The notes: a model not told the origin generated them from the sequence alone. Counted from the first letter of the stretch, positions 11,656-26,112 are shown. The stretch is DNA of 64,000 bases from Hypanus sabinus (GCF_030144855.1 NC_082736.1:20026001-20090000), one strand, 5' to 3'. Numbers and translations are program-made.

Positions 11656-13292
11656 TGTAACAACACTTGTCTGTTTCTGCATCAATAAATGTCAGGGCAC
11701 TATTCACTTTCTGGACCTTGTTCATGTCTGATCTAATGAACCTCTCGCTAAACCCATCTCTATTTTGGTATGCAGGACACCTGCACTATCTCAATCTCCC
11801 ACTTACAACTTCTCTGCACAATAATACTGTGAGAGGCTTCCTTTGGTCAGGGTAGACCATGGATGTTGTGTCGTAGCTGTTTAGATACACAAGCCTGGGC
11901 AGTATAATATGGAGAGCAAACTGTCGCCAATGTAGCGAGCTCCCCCTTTCTATGCATTGGATGAACTCAAAAGAATGGCAGAGACAGATACAGTTTGGCA
12001 CCAGCAGCACCACTGGAGTTGCCAGTCAGTGTTGAACTGAATGTAGGACTGCCTGAGGGACTCCAGCTCCAGATTTTTTTCCTTGGGGTTTTTCCTCCCA
12101 AAGTCTTCCCCATGAGTTAGTACAGCCATAATTCAGCAGAGATTTGAGATCGGAGTTTTGCTTCTCCTACCTAAGCTGCCAACCACACGAAAGAAACCCC
12201 ATCTGCCCAAAGAGACTGGTTTTAAGAAAACTGGTAAAAATGTTTCTGCTGAGCTTATTAGCTGAGGCGCATGTCATGCCCTGGAGCTGCACTTGGTTGT
12301 CAGAGGCTATTTGAGGTGCACATCATTGGGAGCTTTTAATATGTAGTGGGAATTGGTCCAATTACCACCTCTGTCTGTAACAACCTGAAGGAACCACATA
12401 AATTATAGTTTAATTACTCATCCTGTATCTGATCACACTATCATGTTCCCACATTAAACTCCATTCACCAAGTATTCTACTCAGCCAGCTTCTCCCTAAC
12501 CTCTTCCAGAGACCAGATATCCCATCACATGTGCCACCACCACATTCCCCATTATTGACAACTTTGGATCCCTCACTCTCTGTCCCATCCTCTTGATCAT
12601 TAATATCAATAGTAAATAATTGACAGCATAGAATTGGTCCTTGGGACACTCCACTAGTTACATCATCCCAGCCTGAAAAAATCTGTTTATTCTGTTAGGT
12701 TCCTCTCAGCCTTCTTCACAGAATGTCCTGGGGTTTTGTTAGGGAGAGCACCTCTGCAGTCAACCAGGGCTTCTGGTGGGCCGTGAAATGACTGTTCTTG
12801 GGGTACCAATGTCAAAACACACTTAGAGATACAGTAGATGACGTATGAGACAAATTCCTTGAGGTCTGTGTCTGCTCTGTTTGTGGCAGCCTCCTTGAAC
12901 GTTTCTCAGTTAGACTGTTTAAAAGAATAGTGAAGCATGGAGATTAGGCCGCACAGTGTTGTCCTTGTCTGGTTTCTTAATTTTCATCCTCAAAAGGGTT
13001 GTTTCCCAGGTCTGTGTGCTGAGACCATTCCTATATACTCTGCTCACAGGTGACTGCAGAGCCAAACACCCGAGTAATTACATTGCCAAGTTCGCTGATG
13101 AGAGGACAGTGGAGGAGCTCATCATCAGCAACGATGAGATTGCGTACGGAGGAAGTGGAAGAGCTTGAGGCCTGGTACCAGGCAAGTAACCTTTTGCTTA
13201 GTGTCATCAAGACATAGGAGGTGGTTCTCGACTTCAGGAGAACTCCCACCTCACACCTTTCTTTAGGTCGGCAGATCACTAAAATATGTCAA

Positions 13293-13508
13293 TGTGGCAA
13301 TGTACTACGTACAGAGCTAGAAACAATGACACGCAGTCAGTAAGTCGTTTCAAGACTATTTGATTCAAACTTCGCGGCGCTGGCTTTTTAATCCCTAGCT
13401 CCTGCCCTCTCCGGGCAGAAATAACGTCAGAGGTGCATTACCAAAATCTTTCCCCGCGCTCGGGCTATTTGTGAGCCAGTTCACCTGTGCAGAAAGTGGG
13501 TCGCTACA
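13293..13508 (-). mobile_element. Solo LTR, Gypsy-related
   Basis: TG...CA ends (TGTGGC...CGCTACA), 216 bp, 4-bp TSD TCAA on both sides, similar to the 213-bp LTRs at 27916 and 29711. Confidence 0.8.
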
Positions 13509-14149
13509 TCAATTTCATTTGATCACACGAATCTTTACTAAATAACTTGTTATTTCTGCATTTATCACAGATTCCTGCACCTCACCAACCATAGATGTGA
13601 AGTTAACAGGACCACAGTTACTTGGTTTTGTCTTCCGCCCTATTTCAACAATTGATTTCCAATCCACTGAGACCTTCCTGGCACACAGTGAGTTTTACTA
13701 CAATTTATCAGCACTTACTTTCCAGCCACCCTCTGTGAAACCCTTGAGTGCAGGTCATTGGGACCTGGTAATGTTTACTTTTAGTCCCATTAGATTTTCC
13801 CTCCTGATGGCAATTGTTACATATTATTGCACAATGTTGAAATGTCACCATTAGATATTAGATGCTTGCTGTGTCCCCACTGTGAACACCAGTGCAAATT
13901 ATTGAGTCGACTTATCTATTTTTTCCTTGTTAATTTTAGTTTTTGTTTCTCATCACTGGTTCCTGAAAAATTCCCACTCCTGTCGTCTACCAGCAGCCGT
14001 TGCCTCTTCATCTGTTCTTCGATTTTGTATTTTCCTCTACTGTACTTGGTTGATTAGTTTAATCAATACATGGACTGAGGCAAACACAGACAAGATGCTG
14101 GAGGAACTCAGCAGAGACTTGACATTTCAGCCTGAGAACCTTCATCAGT

Positions 14150-15885
14150 AGGAGGACAAGGGCATCCAGGACATCACCAATTACAGGACAACATCTCCTG
14201 ACTGTGCAGGTGATGCCTCCCTCCCAGATGCGCTGAATAACTTGTACGCCTGGCTTGAGGCAGAAAATGACATGGCGGCGAGGATGTCCACCCCTTCTAC
14301 AAATGACCAGGTGCTGTGTCTCACCGTGGCCGAGCAGGGTCAACCCACGGAAGTCTGCTGGACCAGACAACATTCCTGGTAAAGTGCTCAGAGGATGTGC
14401 AGACCATCTAGCAGACGTTCTCACTGACATCTTCAACATTTCCCTGCACAGCGCCACAGTTCCAACATGCTTCAAGGTCACCACCATCGTCCCTGTGCCA
14501 AAGAATTCTTCAGTGTCCTGCCCAAGTGACTAGCGTCCCATTGCACTTACATCCATCATCCTGAAGTTTTTCGAGAGGCTCGTCATGAGGCATATCAAGA
14601 CCCTGCTGCCCCCCTCACTGGACCCCCTGCAGTTTGTGTACTGTCCCATCCGCTCAACATATGACACCATTGCCACCACCATCCACCTGGCCCTAACCCA
14701 CATGGACAAAAACAACATATATGTTCGGATGCTGTTCATAGACTTCAGTTCAGCGTTCAACACAATCACCCTCAGAAACTGATTGGAAAGCTGAACACCT
14801 CCCTCAGCAACTGGATCCTAGACTTCCTGACTGGGAGACCTCAGTCAGTCTGTTTTGGCAGCAGCATCTCCAACACCATCACACTGAGCACGGGGGCCCC
14901 CTAGGGCTGCTAACCCACAGCTGTGCTCCAACACACAGCTCGAACCACATCATCAAGTTCACCAATGACATGAACGTGGTGGGTCTCATCAGCAAGAATG
15001 ACGAGTCAGCTTACAGAGAGGAGTTACAGCAGCTAACGGACTGGTGCAGAGCCATCAACCTGTCTCTTAATGTGAACAAAACAAAAGAGATGGTTGTTGA
15101 CTACAGGAGGGCTCAGAGCGACCACTCCCTGCTGAACATCGACAGCTCCTCGGTATAGATCGTTAGGAGCACCAAATTTCTTGGTGTTCGTCTGGTGAAG
15201 AATCTCACCTGGTCCCTCAACACCAGCTCCAGAGCAAAGAAAGTCCAGCAGCGACTCTACTTTCTGCGAAGGCTGAGGAAAGTCCATCTCCCACCCCCCA
15301 TTTTCATCACATTGAGAGCATCATGAGTAACTGCATCACTGCCAATTTCTGAAATTGCACCATCTCAGATCACGAGACCCTGCAGCAGATAGTGAGGTAA
15401 GCTGAGAAGATCATTGGGGACTCTCTTCCTGCTATCACGGACATTTACATGACACACTGCAACCGCAAAGCAAACAGCATTATGAAGGTCCCTGTGCACC
15501 CCTCATACAATATCTTCTCCCTCCTGCCGTTTAGGAAAAGGCTCCAAAGCATTCAGACTCTCACGACAAGACTATGTAACAGTTTCTTCCCCCAAGCTAT
15601 CAGACATCTCAATACCCAGAGCCTGGACTGACACCTTGCCCTGTTGCCCTGTTTATTATTTATTGTAATGCCTGCACCTTTTTTGTGCACTTTACGCGGT
15701 CCTGTGTAGGTCTGTAGTCCAGTGTAGCTTTCTCTGTCTTGTTTATTTATGTAGTTCAGTCTAGTTTTTGTACTGTGTCATGTAACACCGTGGTCCTGAA
15801 AAACATTGTCTCATTTTTACTATGAACTGTACCAGCAGTTATAGTCGAAATTACAATAAAAGTGGCTTGACTTGACTTGACTTGA
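14150..15885 (+). mobile_element. Rex1/Babar-like LINE, 5'-truncated and frameshifted
   Basis: [20 protein letters not shown] and [17 protein letters not shown] motifs; AATAAA plus (GACTT)n tail. Confidence 0.85.
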
Positions 15886-16003
15886 AATAAAGGGCAGAAG
15901 CCAGTGGGAGGGGGTGGATTACAAGGCAGGTGAATCCAGGTGAGGGGCAAGGTGTGTTGGTGGGGCAGGGGTGGTGATGTGAGATGCTAGAAGGAGATTA
16001 GTG

Positions 16004-18770
16004 TAAGACCATAAGACTTCGGGGCAGAATTAGGCCATTCAGTCCAACGACTCGGCCATTTCATTACGGCTGATCCCAGATACCGTTCAACCCCTTGCAC
16101 CTGCCTTCTCGCCATTACCGCTGGTGCCCTGACCTATAAGTAAACTTTCAAGTTCCGCTTTAAATATACCCACTGACGTGGCCTCCACCAGAGTCTGTGG
16201 CAGAGGATTTCACAGACTCACTACCCTCTGGCTAAAAAAAATCCTCTTTACCTCCTATTTGAAAGGTTACCCCTCAATTTTGAGGCTGCGCCCTCCGGAC
16301 CTGGCTATCCCCATGACAGGAAGGAGCGCCCCACATCCACCTTATCCAGTCCTTTCAATAATCAGTAGGTTGCAATGTCATTTCCCCCCCCTCCACCCGC
16401 ATTCTTCTGAGTTCCAGTGAGTACAGGCCCAAAGCTGCCAAATACTCTTCCTGTGTTAACCTTCCTTCCTGGAGCCATCCTCGTGAGCCTCCTCTGGACT
16501 CTCTCCAATGCCAACGCATCCTTTCAGAGATATGGGGTCCAAAGTTGTTGACAATACTCCAAGTGTGGCCTCACTAGTGTCTTTTAAAGCCTTAGCATTA
16601 TCTCCTTGCTTTTATGTTCTATTCCCTTTGAAATAAATGTCAACATTGCATTTGCCTTCTTTACCGCAGACACAACCTGTAAACTATCGGTCTGGAGCTT
16701 TCTTGAGGATCCTACGTCCCTTTGTACCTCCGATGTTTGAACTTTCTACCCCATTTAGATAAGTCTGCACTATTGTTCCTTTTACCAAAGTGCATTATCA
16801 GACATTTCACAGCACTGTATTCCATCTGGCATTTTCTTGCCCGTTCTGATTTATCTAATTCCTGATGCAATTACATTGCTTCTGCAGCACAACCTACCCC
16901 TCCATCTGTCTTGGTATCATTTACAAACTTAGCCACAAAGCCATCAATTCCACTGTCTGAATCATTGACAAACAGTGTGGAAAGTAGTGGTCCCAATAGT
17001 GACCAGAGAAGAACACCACTGCACTGGCCGCCAACCAGCAATGGCGTCCTTTATTCCCACTCACTGCCTCCTGCCTGTCAGCCTTCCCTCTATCTCTGCT
17101 AGATTCTTTCCTGTAATGACATAGGATTTTGTTTTGTTATGCAGTCTCATGTCTGACACCTTATCAAATGCCTTCTGAAAATCCAAGCAAATAACATCCA
17201 CTGCCTCTCTTTTGTCCATCCAGCTTTGTTGTTTACTTGATCTCTAACAGATTTCCCAGGCATGTTTTTCCCTTGACAGAAACCATGCTGACTTTGACTT
17301 ACTTTATCATTAGTCTAAGGATCTCAAAAACTCATGCTTACACTTTCCCAACCACTGAGGTAAGGCTTACTGATCTATAATTTCCTTTCTTTTCCCTTCC
17401 TCCCTTCATGAAAAGTGGAATGACATTTGGAATTTTTCAGTTCTCTGGAACTATGCCAGAATCAGGTGATTCTTGAAAGATCATGACTAATGCATTCTTT
17501 ATCTCTTCAGCATCTTTTCTTGGGACTCTTAGTCCATCTGGTCCAGGTGACTTATCCACCTTAAGACCTTTGAGTTTGCCTGGCACTTTTTCCTTTGCAA
17601 TAGCAATGGCACTTACTCCAACTCCCTGACACTCATGGACCTCTGGCATAGTGCTAGTGTCTTCCAAAAGTGAAGACTGGTACAAAGAACTCATTAAGTT
17701 CATCTGCTGTTTATTTGTCCCCCTTTACTCCCATATCAGCATGTTTCCTGTACTCCAATATCAACTCTCGTCTCCCTTTTACTCTTTACATTACTAAAAA
17801 AAGAATGTTGATATCCTACTTTATAGTATTGGCTTGTTCACTCTCATTTTATCTTTTCCCTTCTTTTGCTTTTTTTTAGTTGCCTTTTGTTGGATTTTGA
17901 AAGCTTTCCAATCATTGAACTTCCGCCGGTATCCTCCTCTAATCCACCTGCGCAAGCTCCTCTTTCACACCCTTTATTCCATTGCGATACTGATACATCT
18001 GACTTGTGCTCTTCCTCTCAAATTACAGTATGAATTCAATATATTATGAACACAGACTCCTAATGGCTGCTGTACATTAAGCTCCCTAATAACATCTGGG
18101 TTATTTGACAGCACACAGCCTAAGATAGACTTTCCCCTAGTAGACTCAAGTACAAGATGCTCTAAAAATCCATCACATAGTCATTTAATAAATTCCTTCT
18201 CTTGAGAAATGACACCAGCCTGATTTTCCAATCCAATTGCAATCTGGTCCCCTATTTAAATTGTGACATGCCTTTTTACATTCCTTTGTTCCAGTTCCCT
18301 TTACATTCTCAACTTCACGCCTTGGCTACTATTCGGGGGCCTATATATGATTCCCATAATGACCTTTTTCCCCTTACAGTTTCTTAACTCCTTCCACAAA
18401 TATTCAACATCCTCCGACCTTGTCACCTCTCCACACCACCGCCTATTCCTTCCAACCTGCTCTCTCTGTACGAAGTATATTCATTGATGCTCAGCTCCCA
18501 ACTATGGCCTTCTTTCAACCATGACTCAGTGATGTCCACAACGTCATACTGACCAAGTTCAAATTTTGCCACGAGTATGTCCTACCTTTTTCCAAATACT
18601 CTGCGTTTTTAAATACAGTACCTTCAGTCTTGTATTCTACACTTGAAATTTGCCTCTGTTCTATAATTCAACCTTTTGCTCTGTCTGCATTTGTACCCAA
18701 TCATTGTCTTGTCCTTCCTTATTTTAATGTTATACCCATCAACTACTTGTAAACTTGCTCCCTCATCCAA
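16004..18770 (-). mobile_element. CR1 LINE ORF2 remnant
   Basis: LKGLKVDKSPGPDG, LDFQKAFDK-like sequence, CR1 3' UTR with short tandem tail at ~16005. Confidence 0.8.
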
Positions 18771-18789
18771 AGACCTGTCATATGTCGGC

Positions 18790-19390
18790 AAAGCACTAGG
18801 TACTTTCCACCATTTGCTATCCTCCACTCATCTAGTACCTCACCTGTCACTAAGGATGATTTAAAAATCTCTGCAAGGGCCCCTGCATTTTCAACACTTG
18901 CCACCTGCACGGTCAGCGGGAACACATTATTAGGCCCCGGGGATCTATCCCCCTTAGTGTGCCTCAAGACAGACAACACCTCTTCCTCTGAAAGCTGGGT
19001 GGGGTCCATGACCTCAATGCTGCTTTGCCTCACTTCTACAGACTCTGAGTCTGTTTCCTGTGTAAATACAGATGCAAAAATATCCTTTTAAGATCTCCCC
19101 CATGTCTTTTTGCTCAATGCATAGCTTTCCTCTCTGATCTTCAGAGGACCAATTATGTCCCTTGCCATCCTTTTGCTCTCAAAATATTTGTAGAATCCCT
19201 TATGATTCTCCTTCACCTTGCTTCTGCAGCATCCTCACACCTTCTTTTAGTCCTATTTCCTTCTTAAAATTTCTCTTTCATTTCTTATACTCTGTTAGCA
19301 CCTCATTTGTTGCTACCTATGTAAACCTGCTGTGGATTTCTTTATTAAGCAGGTCCGCAATATCCCTTGAAAACCAAGGTTCTTCGAACT
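18790..19390 (-). mobile_element. CR1 LINE fragment
   Basis: EEEVLSVLRHTKGDRSPGP..IFKSSLVTGEVLDEWRIAN. Confidence 0.7.
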
Positions 19391-19394
19391 TAAC

Positions 19395-20655
19395 AAGAAA
19401 AAATCTATAGATGCTGGGAATCCAAGCAACACATGGAAAATGCTGGAGGACATCAGCAGGTCAGGCAGCATCTATGGAAGAAGTAGAGTTGTTTTTGTTG
19501 GTAAGCAACCCTTTGGCAGGACTGGAAAAAAGATTTGAGTAGATTTAAGTGGTGGGGGGGAGTGGAGAGAGAAGCACAAGGGGATAGGTGGAACTGGGAG
19601 GAGGATGGATTGTACAGAGCTGGGAAGTTGATTGGTGAAAGAGATACAGGGCTGGAGAAGTGGGTGTCTGATAGGAGAGGACAGAAGGCCATAGAAGAAA
19701 GCAAAAGATGGAGGAAGCACCAGAGGGAGACGATGTAAATGGAAGGTCACTTTTATTGTAATTTCAACCATAACTGCTGGTACAGTACATCGTAAAAATG
19801 AGACAATGTTTTTCAGGACAATGGTGTTACATGACACAGTACAAAAACTAGACTGAACTACGTAAATAATCAACACAGAGGAAGCTACACTAGACTACAG
19901 ACCTACCAGAATTTTGAGAAATTGATGTTCATGCCATAAGGTTGGAATCTACCCAGGCAGAAAATAAGGTGTTGTTCCTCCAAATTGAGTGTAGTCTCAT
20001 TGTGACAGTACAGGAGGCCAGGGAATGGGAATTGGAATTAAAATGGGTGGCCACTGGGAAATTCCACTTCTGGCGGATGTAGCAAAACAGTCTCTCAATC
20101 TACGTTGCTTCTCACTGATGTATAGGAGGCCCCACCGGAAGCACCAGACACTGTATAATCCCAGCAGACAGACTAAGTTGAGGTGTTGCTTCACCTGGAA
20201 GGGCTGTTTAGGGCTTTGAATGGCAGTGAGGGAGGAGATGTATGGGCAGGTGTAGCACTTGTTTCTCTTACAAGTATAAGTGCCAAGAGGGAGATCAGTG
20301 GGTAGGGACAAATGGTCAAGGGAGTCACATGGGGGACTGAGCAATCCCTGTGGAAAGTTGTGGGGAAGGGAATGATGGGCTTGGTGGTGGGATCCCGTAG
20401 TAGATGGCCCAAGTTCTGGAGAATTATGTGCTGGATGCGGAGGCTGGAGGGGAGGTAGGTGAGGAGAAGAAGAGCCCTATCCCTGGTATGGTGGCGTGAG
20501 GATGGGGTAAGAGCAAACATGTGAGAAATGGAAGAGATGCTATTGAGGGCAGCGTTGATGAAGGAGGAAGGGAAGCCCCTTTCTTTGAAAAAGGACATCT
20601 CCTTCATTCTGGAATGAAAAGTCTCATCCTGAGAGTAGATGCGGCAGAGGCAGAA
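19395..20655 (-). mobile_element. Penelope-like element 3' part, with a nested Rex1 3' UTR piece at ~19740-19905
   Basis: FFKERGFP..LLLTY..IILQN linker, CKRNKCYTC Cys motif, decayed GIY-YIG (LLYISE..RRL.D.F), pyrimidine-rich tail. Confidence 0.75.
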
Positions 20656-22974
20656 CCTGTTCTCTTCACTTTTTATTCTGACAGTGAATCTGCAATAGGA
20701 TCTCTGTAAATAATCTATATCCCATTGGTTTATTTGATCAATTTTCAAACTGTCTGCAGCTTCCCCTGTCTTGGAGTCACCTGTAAACTTGCAAAGCACC
20801 CATCTGCATTTTCATCCAGACATTGAAAATCATCACGAACAACTTCTGAATCAAAATTTCAGTTCACCTTGGATCCCATAAATCTTTATCTTCAGAATCT
20901 GCAGAGCGTGATGGTCCTTTTCAAATGCCTTACCAAGGTCCATATAGATAATGTCCACTGTCTTTACTCATCAAGCACTGATATTACCCCCTCAGAAATG
21001 CCTGCACAAACCCATGTTAACTGTAGGCCATGGTCGTGAAATATGCATAAAACCTGTTTCTCAGTATCCTCCCCAGTAGCTTCCCTATCACTGAAGTAAG
21101 GCTCCCTTGTCCATAGTTTCATGGATTCTCACTATTTCCCTTCTTGACAATGGCACAGCATTTGCTACACCTAGTCCTGTGGGACCTCACATGTAACTAG
21201 TGATACCACAAAGTTCCTTGTCAAATCCCCAACGATATCCTCACTTGCTTCTTTCACTATTGTAGGATATATGTCATCAGATCTGGAGTGTTATCCACCT
21301 TAATACTTTTCAGAAGACCTCCTCCTTAACCTCAGCATGTTTCTCACGTTCCCATGCCCCACTCTGTTTTAACTCATTTCATAGCTCAGCCACTTGCTCT
21401 GACTCCAACCACAACATTCCTCCTTTCACCTTGAGTGGACCTTTTCAATATCTTGTTATTCTCATTTTCTTAATATAAATCAAAAAGTTCCTGAGATTAT
21501 CTTTGGCCTTGCTCATTAAGGGCATTTTGTGGCCCCTTTATGGCCTTTCCTATCACTTGATTTATCATTTCCTTGCTATCTTTAAATTCTACAAGGGCCC
21601 AGTCTGACTTTAACTTTGTAAACCTTACCTATCCTTCCTGACTAAATCTGGGATCTCTCAGCTCATCCAAAAGTTACCTTTCCATCCATGTCCTTAAAAT
21701 CACCGGAACATGCTGATCCTGAACTCAGATCTGACGGTCTTTAAATATCTCCCACATGTCAGACGTGTACTTGTCCGACAGTGGCTGCTCCCGATCAATG
21801 CCCCTTAGCTTCTGTCTTGGTCCAATCTAACTTGCCCTCTTGTAAGATAATACCTCCATACAAGGTCTGATCTTATTTTCACTCATAACTAGCTAAAAAA
21901 CTAATATGTGATCACTGTTCCCAAAATGTTCACTGACTCTCAGCTGTTACCTGGCCTGGGCCATTTCCCAAAACTAATTCCCGTATGTTCTCTCCTCTGG
22001 TTGGGCTCTGTTGGGCTTTGTGGGCCGAAGGGCCTGTATTGTGCTGTAGGGTTTCTATGTTTTTATGAGTTACTCCTTTGCTCCAAATAGGAGGAAAAAT
22101 AAGTAAGTACAAAATACATGATAGATACAAAAACCTGCAGATTCTGTACACTCCTCGGATTCACTGAACAAATTTTGCACGTTTAATTATTGAGTAAGAT
22201 CCAATCAATTCCAGGGAAGAAAAAGTCCCCCACTGTGTCAACCCTGTTGTTCTGCACCACTCCATGAATACAAACATATCCATGCCTCTGCTCCTGGTGG
22301 TTATTGGGGGGGCAATACGATAATCCCATCAGTGTAACTGCAAATTGCCTCTTTAAATGAGCCCTCCAGTTTGCTGTGACATTCCCATTGGGGTAACCTC
22401 TGCATCTTTTAACCCCCCCACCCACACTCACATATAAAACAATGAACCCCAGGTATGTTGAGCTGCCAGCCCTGCCCATCCAACAACATAATATTCCTAA
22501 TGTTGAAATAGACTCATTTCAGCGTATCAGTCCCACCATGTTTATTAGCCTGCCCCTTGGTCTGTTACTTCTCAAGCGGTCTTGTCATATATTCTATCTC
22601 AACCCTCCCACCTGCTGTGGTTCCCATTCCCCTGCGACACTCGTCCAAACTTTGCTGTGACCCTTGTACCAGAATCCCCAACCACCTCACACCAGCTCCT
22701 TTATGAGACAGTTTTTATTATTTTACCTGCGACCCAGAGAACAATTGTTCTAATGAATTAATCCTCTCATCACTGGACCCTCACCCACCAACTGCTGAGA
22801 GTGAGGGCGCTCGAACTGGTCACGGGGCTGGGGAGGGACACACCGAGCTCCTCGGGGATTTGTAGGATGGAAAATCACTTCCTATAATTTAAAGCAGCAA
22901 ATTCCTAGAAATACTTCAGTGGTGTGTGAGGGAGTTTTTTTTTCTCTCTGGAGTATTGTGTGTCGGATAAATAG

Positions 22975-23635
22975 GATGCACAAAGCAGCTGCGCAGGTTG
23001 ACTCTGTGGTTAAGAAGGCGTACGGTGTATTGGCCTTCATCAAACATGAAATTGAATTTAGGAGCCAAGAGGTAATGTTGCAGCTTTATAGGACCCTGGT
23101 CAGACGCCACTCGGAGTACTGTGCTCGGTTCTGGTCACCTCACAACAGGAAGGATGTGGAAGCCATAGAAAGGGTACAGAGGAGATTTACAAGGATTTTG
23201 CCTGGATTGGGGAGCATGCCTTATAAGAATAAGTTGAGTGAACTCTGCCTTTCCTCCTTGGAGCGACAGAGGATGTCAGCTGACCTGATAGAGGTGTTTA
23301 AGATGATGAGAGGCATTGATCGTGTGGATAGTCAGAGGCTTTTTCCCAGGGTTGAAATTGTTGCCACAAGAGGTTTAATTGTTGCCACAGGTTTAAGGTG
23401 CTAAGGAGACGTTGGAGTAAGTTTTTTACTCGGACAGCAGTGAGTACGTGGAATGGGATGCCGGCAATGGTGGTGGAGGGGGGTAGGTTCTTTTAAGAGA
23501 CTTTTAGATAGGTATATGGAGCTTAGTAATATAGAGGGCTAAGGGTAAGCCTAGTAATTCCTAAGGTAGGGACACGTTCGGCACAACTTTGTGGGTGGAA
23601 GAGCCTGTACTGGGCTGTACGTTTTCTATGGTTCT
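22975..23635 (+). mobile_element. CR1 LINE 3' fragment, relatively young
   Basis: KKAYGVLAFI..LYRTLVR..VQRRFTRILPG; TTCTATG tail. Confidence 0.85.
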
Positions 23636-23644
23636 ATCTTTCTA

Positions 23645-23830
23645 AAAACACTTCCTATGATTTGGAAGCAAGGGAATCCCCGGAATCATTCAGTGTGTAC
23701 GTGGTATGTGAAAGAATTTGTCTGGAGTGCTGTGTTGCAGAGAAACCATTGGAAGGCGGAGCTGGACAATGAGAGGCCACTCTCGGCTCTGTCTGTCACT
23801 CTGACTCTGTCTCCTCCCCTCCCCGCCTCA
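23645..23830 (+). promoter_or_regulatory. Orphan copy of the H4 upstream region, truncated before the TATA box
   Basis: GGCGGAGCTGGACAATGAGAGGCCACTCTCGGCTCTGTC...CCCCGCCTC is nearly identical to 25556-25630. Confidence 0.75.
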
Positions 23831-25731
23831 CCAGTCACCAGCATTGGATCACAAAACAACCCTCTGCCATCACTCTGTCTCTGATTGCAAAGCTAATTCT
23901 GTATACAGCTTACAAAATGGCCTGACTGAGGCCCATATGAACCACATCATTAAGCCTTGTCAGCTGACCTGGGTGAGGGAGTTTAGGACCAATGAACTAG
24001 TCTGTGTCTGCAGGGATGACCACTTTGACCACATAGGTGTATGCGATAATGAGAGGCACTGATCGTGTGGATAGTCAGGGGCTTTTCCCCAGGGCTGAAA
24101 TGGCTAGTATGAGAGGGCATAGTTTTAAGTTGCTTGGAAGTAGGTACGGAGGAGATGTCAGGGGTAAGGATTTTTTACGCAGAGAGTGGTGAGTGTGTGG
24201 AATGGGATGCTGGTGGCGATGGTGAAGGCGGAAACGATAGGGTATTTTAAGAGACTCCTGGATGGTTACATGGAGCTTAGTAAAATAGAGGGCTGTGTAT
24301 ACAGCCTCGGTAGTTCTAAGGTAGGGACAGGTTCGGCACAGCTTTGTGGGCCGAAGGGCCTGTATTGTGCTGTAGGGTTTCTATGTTTTTATGAGTTACT
24401 CCTTTGCTCCAAATAGGAGGAAAAATAAGTAAGTACAAAATACATGATAGATACAAAAACCTGCAGATTCTGTACACTGAAGAAAAGCAGGAAACAGAAA
24501 TCCCCAGACCTGGTAGTTCATCAACCTTCCCAGCAAAACGTTTTAAACTGTAACAAAGCAAGGAGTCATTGCAAACTTCCAAAAGTTTGGACTGAGTTGT
24601 GAAGAGCGGTGAGGATTCTGTAAAGGGGTAGATACGGGTGACGTGATCGGACACAGGTCTTGGCAGCTGTGGGGGAGGGAGGATGTGAACTTGTACATAT
24701 AAAATATGTAATACAGAACATTTTCTAAATGTTCACAGAGAACAGGACCTAGCTTTTCAGAGGGAACTTGGGTCCTGGTGCATCATTCACAGCTCCAGAT
24801 GGAATTTGGAATGCGAACAGGGGGTATCTGATGAAGGGCTTCGGTCTGAAACGTTAACTCTGTTTCTCTGACCACGAACACTGCTTGACCTGCTGCGTGT
24901 TTCCAGATGTCTCTGTGTTTGACTGGAAAGTCAGAGTTTGGGCTTTATTCCCTGGAGCATCGGAGAATGAGGGGAGACTTGATAGAGCTATATAACATTA
25001 TGATGGGTATAGAATGCAAGCAGGCTTTTTCCACTGAGGCTCGGGGAGAGAAAAACAGAGGACATGCGTCAAGGGTGAAGTTTAAAGGGAACATTGGGGG
25101 GGGGGGGCTTCTTCACACAGAGAGTGGTGGGATTGTGGAAGGAGCTGCCAGATGAACTGGTAAATGCGAGCTCACTTTTAACATTTAAGAAAAACTTGGA
25201 CAGGTACATGGATGAGAGGTGTATGGAGGGATATGGGCCAGGTGCAGGTCAGTGGGACTAGGCAGAAGAATGGTTCGGCACAGCCAAGAAGGGCCAGAAG
25301 GCCTGTTTCTGTGCGGTAATGTTCTATGGTTCTAGTCCTCGCAATTGTCCTCTGGTTCAGGATTTCATCATTTAATTTTCGGAGAATTGAACAGAAATTT
25401 AACGAGATTATGTGTCAGTTCTACAGCGAGTTATGTGTTAACATTACAGACTGACCTTCAATATTGAAGCTGTGCATCTGAAGGTTTATGCGAGCGCTTT
25501 GTTTCTGTTCTGTTGCGGATAAACCGTTGGAAATTGGCCTGTGTATTAAAGTCAAGGCGGAGCTGGACGATGAGAGGCCGCTCTCGGCTCTGTCCGTCAC
25601 TCTGACTCTGTCTCCTCCCCTCCCCGCCTCTGTCTCTCTGCGCGTTTCTCGGGCAGGTCGGGGCGCTGTTTATAAAAGGAGACAGCAGCAGGCGGTTTGT
25701 CACTGAGCAGCGACCGGAGTGAAGCAGCATC

Positions 25732-26039
<308 letters not shown>

Positions 26040-26072
26040 AAAATTCCCACTTCCTCCCGAGCACAAAGCAAA

Positions 26073-26112
26073 GGCTCTTCTAAGAGCCACCCACCGCCTC
26101 ACAGAGGGAGCT
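26073..26112 (+). terminator. Histone 3' stem-loop + HDE (H4 pseudogene)
   Basis: GGCTCTTCTAAGAGCC-ACCCA followed by purine-rich CAGAGGGAGCT. Confidence 0.9.

Noticed and set aside
11830-12395. Interspersed repeat shared with ~57060-57360 and ~58105-58290
   Set aside because: Clearly repetitive but I cannot assign a family or structure from sequence alone.
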